A stretch of DNA of 64,000 nucleotides from Sphingomonadales bacterium (GCA_025362295.1 JANYGX010000010.1:26388-90387); one strand, 5' to 3'; positions 53,449-64,000 are shown, numbered from the stretch's first letter. The notes: generated by a model not told the origin, from the letters alone. Translations and numbers: made by a program.

Positions 53449-55650
53449 CTACAAACCGCAAGCCGCCGCCTGAAGCGCTAACCCATAAAACGTCTCGCCC
53501 TTAGCGGCCATGTCGCGCAGCACCTGTGGCGGGGCGAAACGTGCGCCATGTTTTTGCGCGAGTGCTTCCAGCTGCTGCACAAGTGTTGCGAGGCCAATGG
53601 TGTCCATCATTGAGAACGGCCCGCCGGTGAAGGGCGCGAAGCCCCAGCCGAAGATGGCACCGATGTCGCCGTCTTCCGGTGTCACCAGCACATGTTCTTC
53701 ATAACAGCGGGCGCATTCGACCAGCTGGCGGTAGATCAGCCGCTGTTTGACATCAGCGGCTGATGGTTGCTCAGCATCTGATAGACGAGCAAATTCTTTG
53801 GCAAGATCAGGCCACAAATATTTCTTGCCGCCGTCTGCCGGATATTCATAAAATCCCTTGGCGGTTTTGCGGCCATATCTGCCAAGCGCATACATGCGGT
53901 CTACCACTGTATCCGCCGGGCTGGACTTGTAGGCATCACCCATATCCTTGATGGTTTGCAGCTTGACCTTGTAGCTCAAATCAATCGCCACTTCATCTCC
54001 TACAGCGAGCGGGCCGACCGGCATCCCGGCTTGCTTACCGCAATTGTCGATGAGCGCCGGGGTGATGCCCTCACCGACCATAGCATAACCTTCCATCACA
54101 TAGGTGCCAAAACAGCGCGAGGTGTAAAAGCCGCGCGAATCGTTGACCACAATCGGTGTTTTTCTGATCTGACTAACATAATCGAGCGCTTTGGCAATCG
54201 CCGCGTCGCCGGTGTGTTTGCCAGTGATGATTTCCACCAACGGCATTTTTTCAACCGGTGAGAAGAAGTGAATGCCGATGAAATTCTCTGCTTTGCTCCA
54301 CGCTTCGGCGAGCCCGGTTATCGGCAATGTTGAGGTGTTGGAACCGAAAATCGTGTCGGCCCCTAGCACCGCTTCGGTTTTCTTGGTGATATCCGCTTTC
54401 AGCGCACGGTCTTCAAACACTGCCTCAATCACTAAGTCGCAGCCTTTAAGATCATTGTAATCAGCGGTTGGATGAATACGTGCCAGAATTTCATCCGCTT
54501 TGGCTTGTGTAGTTTTGCCGCGAGACACGTCCTTTGCCAACCGATCAGCCGAGTAGGCCTTGCCTTTTTCAGCAGCCGCCATGTCGCGGTCGAGCAGCAC
54601 CACCTCCATGCCTGCTTTTGCCGAAACCATGGCAATGCCAGCGCCCATCAATCCAGCACCCAGCATAGCGAGTTTTTTCGTTGGGGCCTTCGCCACACCG
54701 GCAGGCCGACGCGCCCCTTTTTCAGCCGCTTGTTTTGAAACAAACAGCGAGCGGATCATGTTGCCCGATTGTGGATCAAGGAATAGCTTGGTGAAATATT
54801 TGCTTTCAATGCGAATGGCCTTGTCCATCGGCAGTTGCGAGCCTTCATAAACACAGCTTAAAATCGCTTTCGGCGCATTCATGTTGCCTTGAGTTTCCTT
54901 CATCACCATACCGTTGGCACCAATGAAGGTTTGGACAAAGCCCGGGTTGAACTGGCCTACACCGCCGGGAAATTTGAAGCCCTTGATGTCCCATGGTTGC
55001 TGGGCTTTCGGGTTGGCCTTCACCCAGGCTTTGGCTTTGGATACGAGCTCTGCATCCGGCGCGATCTCATGCATCACACCAAAACCCTTGGCCTCCTGCG
55101 GGCTCATGTTTTTGCCTTGCAGAATATACATGAGCGAGGCTTGCACACCCATCAGGCGCGGCAGACGCTGGGTGCCACCACCTCCAGGGAGCAACCCCAC
55201 CATCACCTCCGGCAAACCGAACACCACCTTTGGGTTGTCGCTCGCCACACGGTAATGACAGGCCAAACAAATTTCCAGACCGCCGCCCAGTGCCAGACCA
55301 TTGATAGCCGCTGCAAAAGGTTTGCCGCAGGTTTCCATACGGCGCAAAAAACCGTTCATATTGAAAACGGCTGCAAATATTTTGGCCGCGCGCGAGTGCG
55401 AGGCATCTTCACGGATCGCTGCAATGGCTGACATACCCTTAAGATCAGCACCCGCCATAAAACCGCTGGCCTTGCCGGAGGTGATGACAGCACCCTTGAT
55501 GCTGTCATCCGTGGCAATTTTTTCAATGAGCGCTGCCATGTTGGCGGAAAACGCAGGCGTGATGACATTCATGGTCTGCTCCGGCACATCGATGGTGAGC
55601 AGGGCAATGCCATCGGCATCAAGGTCAAATTGTATGGTTTCCGTGTTCAT
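53449..55650 (-). CDS. Multifunctional fatty-acid oxidation protein (enoyl-CoA hydratase / 3-hydroxyacyl-CoA dehydrogenase), FadB/FadJ-like
   Basis: 733 aa. Crotonase N-terminus (AVITSGKASGFMAGADL). Rossmann motif KKLAMLGAGLMGAGIA. Confidence 0.9.
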   Translation of the reverse strand: MNTETIQFDLDADGIALLTIDVPEQTMNVITPAFSANMAALIEKIATDDSIKGAVITSGKASGFMAGADLKGMSAIAAIREDASHSRAAKIFAAVFNMNGFLRRMETCGKPFAAAINGLALGGGLEICLACHYRVASDNPKVVFGLPEVMVGLLPGGGGTQRLPRLMGVQASLMYILQGKNMSPQEAKGFGVMHEIAPDAELVSKAKAWVKANPKAQQPWDIKGFKFPGGVGQFNPGFVQTFIGANGMVMKETQGNMNAPKAILSCVYEGSQLPMDKAIRIESKYFTKLFLDPQSGNMIRSLFVSKQAAEKGARRPAGVAKAPTKKLAMLGAGLMGAGIAMVSAKAGMEVVLLDRDMAAAEKGKAYSADRLAKDVSRGKTTQAKADEILARIHPTADYNDLKGCDLVIEAVFEDRALKADITKKTEAVLGADTIFGSNTSTLPITGLAEAWSKAENFIGIHFFSPVEKMPLVEIITGKHTGDAAIAKALDYVSQIRKTPIVVNDSRGFYTSRCFGTYVMEGYAMVGEGITPALIDNCGKQAGMPVGPLAVGDEVAIDLSYKVKLQTIKDMGDAYKSSPADTVVDRMYALGRYGRKTAKGFYEYPADGGKKYLWPDLAKEFARLSDAEQPSAADVKQRLIYRQLVECARCYEEHVLVTPEDGDIGAIFGWGFAPFTGGPFSMMDTIGLATLVQQLEALAQKHGARFAPPQVLRDMAAKGETFYGLALQAAACGL

Positions 55651-55668
55651 CTGTTTTCTCCGCTAAAA

Positions 55669-56880
55669 TTATACGCGTTCAATAATCGTTGCCGTGCCCA
55701 TGCCAGCACCGACACAGAGATTTGCAAGTCCCGTTGTTTTGCCAGTGCGCTCCAGTTCATCCAGCAAAATGCCAAGCACCATCGCGCCCGTAGCGCCAAG
55801 CGGATGGCCCATGGCGATGGCACCGCCGTTAACGTTGAGCTTGTCGTGCGAAATATTGAGCGCCTGCATATAGCGCAGCACTACCGAGGCAAAGGCTTCG
55901 TTCAGCTCGTAGAGATCAATATCATCCACTGACATGCCCGCGCGTTTCAGCACCTTGGCCGTCACCAGCGACGGGCCGGTGAGCATGATGGTCGGCTCCG
56001 AGCCGATCGAAGCCATGGCACGAATGCGGGCGCGTGGCTTCAGGCCATATTTCTCACCCATGGCCTTGTTGCCGATAAGTATACCGGCAGCGCCGTCCAC
56101 AATGCCGGATGAGTTGCCTGCATGATGGACATGATTGATCTTTTCGACTTCTGGATATTTCAGCAGTGCCACGGCATCAAAGCCCGGCATATTTTCGCCC
56201 ATGTCGGTGAACGCAGGCTTCAAACCAGCGAGTGACTGCATATCAGTTTTGGGTTTCATGTGCTCATCATGATCAAGCACAATTTCACCGATGATATCCC
56301 GAACGGCCAGAACGGATTTCTTGAAGCGACCCTCGGCCCATGCTGTGGCGGCGCGTTTCTGGCTTTCCACTGCATAGGCATCAACATCATCACGCGAGAA
56401 GCCGTATTTTGTCGCAATCAAATCGGCGCCAATGCCTTGCGGAGCAAAATAGGCTTTGGTGGCAACCGCCGGATCCGTTGGCCATGATCCGCCGTCAGCG
56501 CCCATCGGCACGCGGCTCATGCTTTCGACACCGCCACCGATAGCAAACATAGCTTCCCCGGCCATCACCTTTGCAGCGGCCATATTGACGGCTTCAAGGC
56601 CAGATGCACAGAAGCGGTTGATCTGCACACCGCCAGTGTTCTCAGCATAATCCGCATTGATGACCGCCGTGCGAGCAATCACGGCCCCCTGTTCACCGAC
56701 CGGCGACACACAGCCCAGCACCACATCATCAACATCGGCTGTGTCGATATGGGTACGGTCGCGCAGCGCCTGCAACACTTGTGTGGCAAGATGCGTCGGG
56801 GTGATTTCATGCAGTGCCCCGTCCGGCTTGCCGCGACCGCGCGCGGTGCGCACGGCATCATAAATGAAAGCGTCGGTCAT
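55669..56880 (-). CDS. Acetyl-CoA C-acyltransferase (3-ketoacyl-CoA thiolase)
   Basis: 403 aa. Active-site Cys context [12 protein letters not shown]-terminal [17 protein letters not shown] and CVGAGMG. Confidence 0.9.
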   Translation of the reverse strand: MTDAFIYDAVRTARGRGKPDGALHEITPTHLATQVLQALRDRTHIDTADVDDVVLGCVSPVGEQGAVIARTAVINADYAENTGGVQINRFCASGLEAVNMAAAKVMAGEAMFAIGGGVESMSRVPMGADGGSWPTDPAVATKAYFAPQGIGADLIATKYGFSRDDVDAYAVESQKRAATAWAEGRFKKSVLAVRDIIGEIVLDHDEHMKPKTDMQSLAGLKPAFTDMGENMPGFDAVALLKYPEVEKINHVHHAGNSSGIVDGAAGILIGNKAMGEKYGLKPRARIRAMASIGSEPTIMLTGPSLVTAKVLKRAGMSVDDIDLYELNEAFASVVLRYMQALNISHDKLNVNGGAIAMGHPLGATGAMVLGILLDELERTGKTTGLANLCVGAGMGTATIIERV

Positions 56881-56931
56881 AAATTATCCTTTCCAAGTGC
56901 TAAAAACAGCGTATCATTTTGCTTTAAATTC

Positions 56932-58725
56932 CTAAAACTGGTTTGCCGCCATGGCCATGATTGTTTTTGATCCCGCTTCGACCTTGTGGCGCAGGGATGA
57001 TGTTTCAACAAGATGACGCTCGGTAAAATACTGCGCGACAATCAGCTTGTTGGCGTAAAAGTCAGGGTCATCAGTCCCGCCAGCAAGAGCTGTTTGGGCC
57101 GCTTTTGCCGTTTGCGCCCAGAGATAGCCCAAGCACACTAAGCCCATAATGTGCATGTAGGGATAGGCAGCGGCACCGGCATCATCAGGGTTTGCCAATC
57201 CATTCTGCATCAGCCACATCGTCGAGGCTTGCAAATGACCCAGTGACTTTTCCAGAGGCGCTATGAACGGCTTCATGGTATCGTCGGACTTGTGATCGTT
57301 GCAATAAGTAGCGATCAATTCAAAAAACGACCGCACGGCACGGCCACCATTTTGCGCCAACTTGCGGCCGACCAAGTCCATCGCCTGTATGCCGTTGGCG
57401 CCTTCATAAATCATCGCTATGCGCGCATCACGGACAAACTGCGACATGCCCCACTCTTCAATATAGCCATGCCCACCGAGCACTTGCTGACAGGTGGTTG
57501 AATACTCATAGCCCTTGTCGGTGATAAAACCTTTGATCACCGGTGTGAGCAGAGACACCAGATCATCGGCATCCTGACGCTCCTGTTCGGTCATGGCCTT
57601 GTGTGCGAGATCGACCAGCAACCCACCCCATAGCGTAAAGGCCCGCGCCCCTTCATTGAAAGAGCGTGCATCAAGCAACATGCGGCGCACGTCAGGGTGT
57701 ACAATAATCGGATCGGCTTTTTGCTCTGGCGCTTTTGCACCAGTGAGCGCACGGCCCTGAATGCGGTCTTTGGCATAGTGGGCAGCGTTCTGATAGGCCA
57801 CCTCACTCATCGCCATGCCCTGCTGGCCAACTCCAAGCCGCGCTGCATTCATCATAATGAACATGGCTTGCAAGCCTTTTTCGCGTTCACCCACCAGATA
57901 ACCTGTGGCACCATCATAATTCATCACGCATGTGGCGCTGCCCTTGATACCCATTTTATGCTCAATAGAACCACACGACACACCGTTTTTAGCACCAAGC
58001 GTTCCATCAGCATTGACCAAAAACTTCGGCACGATGAACAGTGAAATGCCTTTTACGGTATCTGGCGCTCCAGTGGCTTTTGCGAGTACAAGATGAATGA
58101 TGTTTTCTGCCAGATCGTTATCACCGGAGGAAATGAAAATTTTTGTGCCGGTGAGCTTGTAGCTGCCATCGGGCTGCGGTTCAGCCCGGGTGCGAATCAG
58201 TCCCAAATCCGTGCCGCAATGAGGCTCGGTTAAATTCATAGTGCCAAGCCATTTGCCACTCACCATGTTTGGCAGATAGGTTTGCTTTTGCTCATCAGAC
58301 CCGCGCACCAATATCGACGAAATTGCCCCGTGTGTGAGACCTGGATACATGGCAAAGGCCATGTTGGCCGAAATCAGATACTCATTGAAGGCCGTGCCAA
58401 TCACATGCGGCATGTTCTGGCCGCCATATTCACGCGGTGCGGATAGGGTGCCCCAGCCGCCATCGACAAATTGCCTGTACGCCTCCTTGTAGCCGGTCGG
58501 TGTAGAGACGCTGCCATCGGCATGGCGTGTGCACCCTTCCCTGTCACCACTCAAATTGATCGGCTGAAGCACCTGCTCGACAAATTTCGCACCCTCCTCC
58601 AGCACCGCGTTGATCACATCGGGTGTTGCATCCGCAAACCCAGGCAAATTGGCATATTTATCGAGGTTAAGAATATGTTTGAGAACAAATTGGGTGTCCT
58701 TAATGGGAGCAGCATAAATCGGCAT
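56932..58725 (-). CDS. Long-form acyl-CoA dehydrogenase (with extra C-terminal domain)
   Basis: 597 aa. ...GTMNLTEPHCGTDLG...KIFISSGDND...YEGANGIQAMDLVGRKL is typical of the ~600-aa ACAD subfamily. Confidence 0.9.
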   Translation of the reverse strand: MPIYAAPIKDTQFVLKHILNLDKYANLPGFADATPDVINAVLEEGAKFVEQVLQPINLSGDREGCTRHADGSVSTPTGYKEAYRQFVDGGWGTLSAPREYGGQNMPHVIGTAFNEYLISANMAFAMYPGLTHGAISSILVRGSDEQKQTYLPNMVSGKWLGTMNLTEPHCGTDLGLIRTRAEPQPDGSYKLTGTKIFISSGDNDLAENIIHLVLAKATGAPDTVKGISLFIVPKFLVNADGTLGAKNGVSCGSIEHKMGIKGSATCVMNYDGATGYLVGEREKGLQAMFIMMNAARLGVGQQGMAMSEVAYQNAAHYAKDRIQGRALTGAKAPEQKADPIIVHPDVRRMLLDARSFNEGARAFTLWGGLLVDLAHKAMTEQERQDADDLVSLLTPVIKGFITDKGYEYSTTCQQVLGGHGYIEEWGMSQFVRDARIAMIYEGANGIQAMDLVGRKLAQNGGRAVRSFFELIATYCNDHKSDDTMKPFIAPLEKSLGHLQASTMWLMQNGLANPDDAGAAAYPYMHIMGLVCLGYLWAQTAKAAQTALAGGTDDPDFYANKLIVAQYFTERHLVETSSLRHKVEAGSKTIMAMAANQF

Positions 58726-58749
58726 GGTTCACCTCATTCTTTAAATGGT

Positions 58750-59202
58750 TTAATCTGCAATGGTTGTGGGCATCATGGCTGATACAATGTTGCAAAACTG
58801 CTCAAGCTCTTCGATCATGTGGTCGATATCCTGGCGCTGCTCGGCTAAAATGCGGGTGCGCTCCTGACATTTTTCGAGCGTGATCAGGCGCTGTTTGGTG
58901 CGTCCGTCATCTGCATCGTAAAGATCGAGCATTTCACCAATTTCAGCCAGACTGAAGCCGACGCGTTTGCCGCGCAGCACCCAGGCCAGGCGCGCATAAT
59001 CGCGCCGACTGTAAATGCGGTTTTGGCCCCGTCGCATAGGCTTGAGCAAACCGTGATCCTCATAAAAGCGAATAGCCCGCGCAGTGACGCCAAAGGCCTC
59101 GGCAAGCTCAGTTATATTGAAGGACTGATTGTCCGTGGGCACAACAATGCCCACAGATATCGACAAGGGTTCATCACGAGGTTCATAACTTGAATCGACC
59201 AT
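58750..59202 (-). CDS. MerR-family transcriptional regulator (LiuR-like by context), first gene of the beta-oxidation operon
   Basis: 150 aa. HTH FNITELAEAFGVTARAIRFYEDHGLLKPMRRGQNRIYSRRD. Confidence 0.85.
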   Translation of the reverse strand: MVDSSYEPRDEPLSISVGIVVPTDNQSFNITELAEAFGVTARAIRFYEDHGLLKPMRRGQNRIYSRRDYARLAWVLRGKRVGFSLAEIGEMLDLYDADDGRTKQRLITLEKCQERTRILAEQRQDIDHMIEELEQFCNIVSAMMPTTIAD

Positions 59203-59210
59203 GGAGCCCT

Positions 59211-59244
59211 CACTACTTAACGTTTACGTAAACGTCAAGTAGTG
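59211..59244. promoter_or_regulatory. 34-bp near-perfect palindrome, candidate MerR/LiuR operator in the divergent promoter region
   Basis: CACTACTTAACGTTTACGTAAACGTCAAGTAGTG is its own reverse complement except for one position pair. ACGT-rich core TTTACGTAAA. It lies 9 nt upstream of the MerR start. Confidence 0.65.
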
Positions 59245-59302
59245 ATGACTATTTTAGTAGAACGATATTGGAATTTTGGCTGGCTGTCCCTATCTAGGAA
59301 CT

Positions 59303-61114
59303 ATGGCAGGCCCAGTCGATCGTTCGCAGCTCCCACCCGCACCGCAGGATGCTCGCAAGAATCTGGGGCGGCTCAAAATTATCTGGAATTTTGTCAAGCG
59401 CTATCCAGTGCAGTTGATCGGGGCCAACCTGGCGCTGTTTGTCGCTGCCGGGGCAACGCTTGCATTGCCGCAAGGTTTGAAGCGGGTTATCGATAACGGC
59501 TTCAGCGCTGGCCATGCCGCATCGATCAACCAGTCTTTCCTGTTTCTTGGCGCCGTTGTTGTCATCATGGGACTGGCAACGGCTGTGCGCTTTTATTTTG
59601 TCACCTGGATTGGCGAGCGCGTTGTTGCCGATGTGCGCACAGCTGTCCACAGCCACCTGCTCACTCTTAGCCCGGAATTCTTCGAGGAGAATCGGCCAGC
59701 TGAAATCGCCGCACGCCTCACTGGTGATACGACGGTGATTGAAACTGTGGTCGGATCGGCAATGTCGATTGCGCTCCGCAACATCATCATGATCAGCGGC
59801 GGGCTGGTGCTGATGCTGTTCGTCTCGGCCAAGCTCACCGGCATGATGCTGCTGATCATCCCGTGCGTTATCATTCCGATCACTGTCATGGGGAGGCGGG
59901 TGCGCAGTTTATCGCGCAGCAGCCAGGACCGCATTGCGGCCATAGGGGCCATGGCGGATGAAACCCTTGGTGCCATCCGCATCGTGCAGGGGTTCACCCA
60001 GGAACCTTTCGAACGCACGCGGTTTGTGAAAACTGTTGAGAATGCTTTCAACGCTGGTCGCCGGCGGGTCGCCATGCGGGCGATCATGACAGCTGTGGTT
60101 ATGGTGCTCGCTATGGGCGGCATTGTGCTCGTGCTGTGGAACGGTGCGCATGACGTCATCAGTGGCCGCATGAGTGGCGGCGATATCGCTAAGTTTGTGT
60201 TCTATGCCATCATGGTCGGCGGCGGTGTTGGTGCCCTTGTTGAGGTCTACGGTGATGTGCTGCGGGCCGTTGGTGCGGCCGGGCGGCTGGATGAGTTATT
60301 GCGCACCGAGCCACTGGTCAAAGCCCCGCAGCATCCGCAAGCGCTCCCGAAAACTGCTCAAGGCACTGTGGTGTTTGAGCACGTGGTGTTCAACTATCCC
60401 TCACGCCCAGATCAATCCGCGCTTCATGATTTTTCCCTAACGGTCGATGCTGGCGAAACAGTTGCGCTTGTCGGGCCATCAGGGGCTGGTAAATCCACTT
60501 TGTTTCAACTCATCCAGCGGTTTTATGATCCAGCAGAGGGCCGCATTCTGATCGACGGGGTCGCCCTCACCAACGCAGATCCGCATACCATCCGCAAGCG
60601 GCTCGCCATTGTGCCGCAAGAAACGGTTATTTTTGCAGCCTCCGCCTATGATAACATCCTTTATGGCAGACCAGGGGCCACAGAAGCGGACGTGTGGCAG
60701 GCGGCCGAGGCGGCTTCTGCTGCCAATTTTTTGCGCACCCTGCCAGATGGCATCAACACCTATTTGGGTGAGGGCGGTGCACGACTTTCCGGCGGCCAGC
60801 GCCAGCGTATTGCCATTGCGCGCGCCGTGCTGCGCAACGCGCCGATATTGTTACTCGATGAGGCGACATCAGCGCTTGATGCAGAATCAGAGCAAGCTGT
60901 GCAATCGGCACTTGAACATCTCATGCAGGGCCGCACCACTTTGGTCATTGCGCATCGACTTGCCACAGTGGTGAATGCCGACCGGATTGTGGTGATCGAC
61001 GAGGGTCGCATTGTGTCCCAAGGCACCCATCATCAACTCATGGCACAACAGGGCCTATACGCACGGCTCGCAGCACTACAGTTTCAGGCGGCTGTGCCGC
61101 AAGCAGCGGAATAA
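59303..61114 (+). CDS. ABC exporter, fused transmembrane + ATP-binding protein (MsbA/ABCB-type)
   Basis: Six-TM N-terminal half. Walker A GPSGAGKST, signature LSGGQRQRIAIARA, Walker B ILLLDEATSALD. Start (59276 or 59303) is uncertain. Confidence 0.9.
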   Translation: MAGPVDRSQLPPAPQDARKNLGRLKIIWNFVKRYPVQLIGANLALFVAAGATLALPQGLKRVIDNGFSAGHAASINQSFLFLGAVVVIMGLATAVRFYFVTWIGERVVADVRTAVHSHLLTLSPEFFEENRPAEIAARLTGDTTVIETVVGSAMSIALRNIIMISGGLVLMLFVSAKLTGMMLLIIPCVIIPITVMGRRVRSLSRSSQDRIAAIGAMADETLGAIRIVQGFTQEPFERTRFVKTVENAFNAGRRRVAMRAIMTAVVMVLAMGGIVLVLWNGAHDVISGRMSGGDIAKFVFYAIMVGGGVGALVEVYGDVLRAVGAAGRLDELLRTEPLVKAPQHPQALPKTAQGTVVFEHVVFNYPSRPDQSALHDFSLTVDAGETVALVGPSGAGKSTLFQLIQRFYDPAEGRILIDGVALTNADPHTIRKRLAIVPQETVIFAASAYDNILYGRPGATEADVWQAAEAASAANFLRTLPDGINTYLGEGGARLSGGQRQRIAIARAVLRNAPILLLDEATSALDAESEQAVQSALEHLMQGRTTLVIAHRLATVVNADRIVVIDEGRIVSQGTHHQLMAQQGLYARLAALQFQAAVPQAAE

Positions 61115-61128
61115 TGAGCGCAACCTGA

Positions 61129-62382
61129 TTAGCCGGGCCGCACCTGCCCGGTGCCACGCAGTACATATTTAAACGTGGTCAGTTGTTCCACACCCACCGG
61201 ACCCCGCGCGTGCATCCGGCCGGTTGAAATGCCGATCTCGGCACCAAAACCGAATTCGCCACCATCAGCAAACTGGGTGGAGGCGTTGTGCAGAACAATG
61301 GCAGAATCCACTTCACGCAAAAAGCGCTCGGCTGTGGTTGTATTATCCGTGATAATAGCATCCGTATGATGCGAGCTGTGGGCATTGATATGCGCAATCG
61401 CGCCGTCCACACCGTCCACCCGTTTGACGGCAATAATGCTGTCGAGATATTCCGTATCCCAATCAGCGTCTGTGGCCCTGTGCAAGCGCTTATCAAGCGA
61501 CACAAGATCAGCGCAGGCGCGCACCTCACAGCCCGCCGCCAGCAAATCATCAAACAGCGGCATAGCGAATGTATCACACACAGCACTATCGATAAGCAGC
61601 GTTTCGGTTGCGCCGCACACACCCGTGCGACGCATTTTTGCATTGAGCACAATACTGCGCGCCATAGCAAGATCAGCATCCTTGTCCACATAGGTGTGAC
61701 AAATCCCGTCAAGATGCGCGAACACTGGTACCCGCGCCTCGGCTTGCACCAACGCCACCAGCGATTTACCGCCGCGCGGCACAATCACATCAATCAGGCC
61801 AGTGGCGGTGAGCATGGCACCGACGGCCGCACGATCTTGTGTTGACATCAATTGTATGGCTGTCTCTGGCAGACCAGCGCTGCGTAAGCCTGCCATCAGA
61901 CACGCATGAATGGCTTTCGTGGAATGAACTGATTCCGAACCGCCGCGTAAAATCACAGCATTACCGGCTTTCAAAGTGAGCGCACCGGCATCGGCTGTCA
62001 CATTCGGGCGACTTTCATAAATCACCCCGATCACCCCGAGCGGCACCCGCACCCGTGCGATGTTGAGCCCGTTGGGTCTGGTCCATGCGTCTATCACCTG
62101 ACCAACCGGGTCCGGCAAATCCGCGACCATCGCCACGCCGTTGGCCATTGCTGTAATGCGTTTGGGGTTGAGTTCGAGGCGATCAAGCAGTGCAGCCGTG
62201 AGATTTTTTTCTTGCGCTGCGGCCATGTCGCGTTGATTGGCCATTTGGATCGTGTTTTCAGCGTCACGCATGGCATTTGCTGCCGCATGAAGGGCTGCTG
62301 ATTTTTGTGCCGCTGTTGCAAGGCTGAGTGTTTGCACGGCCGAACGCGCTGATTGCGCCATGTTTTCGATAAGGATTTTCAT
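61129..62382 (-). CDS. proA: Glutamate-5-semialdehyde dehydrogenase
   Basis: 417 aa. ...[13 protein letters not shown]...ILRGG... and CNA-equivalent ...[23 protein letters not shown] are typical of ProA. Confidence 0.95.
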   Translation of the reverse strand: MKILIENMAQSARSAVQTLSLATAAQKSAALHAAANAMRDAENTIQMANQRDMAAAQEKNLTAALLDRLELNPKRITAMANGVAMVADLPDPVGQVIDAWTRPNGLNIARVRVPLGVIGVIYESRPNVTADAGALTLKAGNAVILRGGSESVHSTKAIHACLMAGLRSAGLPETAIQLMSTQDRAAVGAMLTATGLIDVIVPRGGKSLVALVQAEARVPVFAHLDGICHTYVDKDADLAMARSIVLNAKMRRTGVCGATETLLIDSAVCDTFAMPLFDDLLAAGCEVRACADLVSLDKRLHRATDADWDTEYLDSIIAVKRVDGVDGAIAHINAHSSHHTDAIITDNTTTAERFLREVDSAIVLHNASTQFADGGEFGFGAEIGISTGRMHARGPVGVEQLTTFKYVLRGTGQVRPG

Positions 62383-62437
62383 GTGAGATGTCCTTCTATC
62401 AAATGCAAGGAGGCACTATGACGAGTCGCAGTTTTGT

Positions 62438-63568
62438 TCACACCATCACCAGATCATCGCGGTGGATCATCGCTGCGCGCGGTGCGTATCCAAGCACGGT
62501 TTCAATATCAGTGGTTTTTAAGCCGACGATGCGGGCAGCATCATCACTCGCGTACGACACAAGCCCGCGCGCAATGGGCTTGCCACCATCATTAACAATA
62601 TCAACCGCATCACCGCGCTCAAAATCTCCAGTGATATGTATCACCCCGGCTGACAGGAGTGATTTGCCAGACGCTAGGGCTTTCGCAGCCCCCGCATCGA
62701 CCGTGATTGTGCCCGCCACAGTCAACCGCCCGGCCAGCCAGCGTTTGCGGGCAGCCGGCGCTGACTCTCGCGCCATAAACACCGTGCTGACACCGCTCGC
62801 CTCAAACACGCCTAGCGGATCATCGTGCTTGCCATTGATAATGGCGAGATGCGCACCGCCACTCACAGCAATTCTGGCGGCTTGAATTTTCGATATCATA
62901 CCGCCGGAGCCCATGCCACTGGCACCCACACCGCCTGCCATCGCCTCAATCTCTGGCGTGATCTGCTCAACCGTTGCAATCAGCATTGCTGCACGATCTA
63001 CATGCGGGTTGGCCGTATAAAGCCCATCAATATCCGACAGCAAAATCACTCCGGCAGCCAGTGCTGCCTGCGCCACCCGCGCTGCCAGTCGGTCGTTGTC
63101 ACCGAAGCGGATTTCCTCGGTCGCCACTGTATCATTTTCGTTGAGCACCGGCACAGCGCCGGCTTCCAGCAGGCGGTTGATCGTCGCCGAGACATTCAGA
63201 TAACGCCGCCGGTTCTCAAGGTCATCCAGTGTGAGCAGCACTTGCGCTGCCTGAATATCATGGGTAGCAAACAGCTCGGCCCAGACACCGGCAAGTTCAA
63301 TTTGGCCAACCGCCGCTGCCGCCTGACTGTCTTCGAGTGCAGCCCGTCCACCCTTGGCAAAATCCAGCCGCCGCGCACCCAGCGCAATAGCACCGGACGA
63401 CACGACAATCACCTGCTGTCCGGTTTTTCGCCGTACAGCAATATTCGCGACCACCGCTGCCAGCCAGTCGCGGCGCACACCGCCATTGGGCGCGATCAGC
63501 AACGACGAACCAACCTTGATGACCACGCGCGGGCAGTGCGGCATCGTGAAGAGTGATGGCGCGCTCAT
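62438..63568 (-). CDS. proB: Glutamate 5-kinase (with PUA domain)
   Basis: Start trimmed to MSAPSLFTMPHCPRVVIKVGSSLL. VSSGAIALG, NENDTVATEEIRFGDND. C-terminal PUA GRLTVAGTITVDAGA. Confidence 0.95.
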   Translation of the reverse strand: MSAPSLFTMPHCPRVVIKVGSSLLIAPNGGVRRDWLAAVVANIAVRRKTGQQVIVVSSGAIALGARRLDFAKGGRAALEDSQAAAAVGQIELAGVWAELFATHDIQAAQVLLTLDDLENRRRYLNVSATINRLLEAGAVPVLNENDTVATEEIRFGDNDRLAARVAQAALAAGVILLSDIDGLYTANPHVDRAAMLIATVEQITPEIEAMAGGVGASGMGSGGMISKIQAARIAVSGGAHLAIINGKHDDPLGVFEASGVSTVFMARESAPAARKRWLAGRLTVAGTITVDAGAAKALASGKSLLSAGVIHITGDFERGDAVDIVNDGGKPIARGLVSYASDDAARIVGLKTTDIETVLGYAPRAAMIHRDDLVMV

Positions 63569-63576
63569 AGCATGTA

Positions 63577-64000
63577 TCACAGCGGCGACCAGACAGCCGC
63601 CGCCTTTTCAGGCGCCGTTTTGGCACTAAGGCCGATCAGCTGATCGAGCAGCGCCTCAAGCCCATCGCCCGTCAAACTTGAAAGCATATACACTGGCTTG
63701 CCGATCGCCCGCTCCAACGCGGAGCGCCGCCGCGACGCCTGGCCAGGGTCGAGTGCATCCGACTTGCTGAGCACCACAAGTTCGGCTTTGTCTTTTAAGT
63801 TGGCACCATAGCTTTCCAGCTCTTCACGCACCGTACGATAGGCGGTTGTCGGGCTATCGGCTGTGCCATCAACTAGGTGCACCAGTATCCGGCAGCGCTC
63901 GATATGGCCAAGAAAACGGTCGCCAATGCCAACCCCATCAGCGGCACCGGCAATCAGCCCGGGAATGTCGGCAATGACAACTTCCGTACCCTTGTGGCGC
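63577..64000 (-). CDS. obg: GTPase Obg/CgtA, C-terminal part (gene continues beyond the window end)
   Basis: Manual translation gives ...HKGTEVVIADIPGLIAGAADGVGIGDRFLGHIERCRILVHLVDG...VVLSKSDAL... (G3/G4 motifs). Canonical obg-proB-proA order. Confidence 0.9.
   Translation of the reverse strand, partial: RHKGTEVVIADIPGLIAGAADGVGIGDRFLGHIERCRILVHLVDGTADSPTTAYRTVREELESYGANLKDKAELVVLSKSDALDPGQASRRRSALERAIGKPVYMLSSLTGDGLEALLDQLIGLSAKTAPEKAAAVWSPL

Noticed and set aside
1-64000. CRISPR arrays, rRNA genes, IS elements/transposases, toxin-antitoxin pairs or recognisable defence-system genes.
   Set aside because: I saw no regularly spaced direct repeats, no rRNA-like sequence, no transposase/integrase-like ORFs, and no nuclease/ATPase/methylase combinations typical of defence islands. 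The only tandem repeats are the proline-linker codon repeats inside two outer-membrane protein genes.

Overview
This window looks like alphaproteobacterial chromosome, judging from gene content and synteny only; no database search was possible.

Housekeeping blocks:
- hslVU with an RpoH-type promoter, tRNA-Val and scoAB
- dnaN, apaG and metZ
- the tyrosine catabolism genes fahA-hmgA-hppD with a MarR regulator
- a MerR-controlled beta-oxidation operon
- an ABC exporter and proBA-obg

Accessory blocks:
1. An RcGTA-like head-tail cluster of about 17 kb (9070-25958, minus strand). It runs small terminase, large terminase, portal, protease, capsid, adaptors, tail tube, chaperones, short tape measure, g12-g15-like baseplate genes and a DUF2793 fibre-like gene. 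I see no integrase, replication or lysis genes. Next to it lie a GafA-like (DUF6456-type) regulator and a divergent XRE/S24-like repressor.
2. An S8 subtilase autotransporter.
3. An AT-richer locus (34.3-46.5 kb) that looks like an N-acetylgalactosamine/galactosamine utilisation island: TonB-dependent receptor, DeoR/AgaR, exported amidohydrolase, exported GH36-like glycosidase, DMT permease, AgaZ, AgaS and a BadF-type sugar kinase.
4. A two-gene ergothioneine pair, egtB-egtD.

The most unusual signals are all in the GTA-like cluster:
- The distal-tail g12 (DUF2460) domain sits at the C-terminus of a 776-aa ORF, behind an unassigned N-terminal region of about 560 aa.
- The g15 'megatron' homologue is short and seems to lack its TIM-barrel segment.
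- Both the major capsid and the major tail genes carry single-nucleotide frameshifts.
- Three extra genes, one encoding a roughly 18-residue tandem A-x-A-x-H repeat protein, lie between capsid and adaptor.
- The normally compact operon is punctuated by GC-rich hairpins, including a perfect bidirectional terminator between g14 and g15.

All family assignments rest on recalled motifs and should be confirmed by HMM or structure searches.
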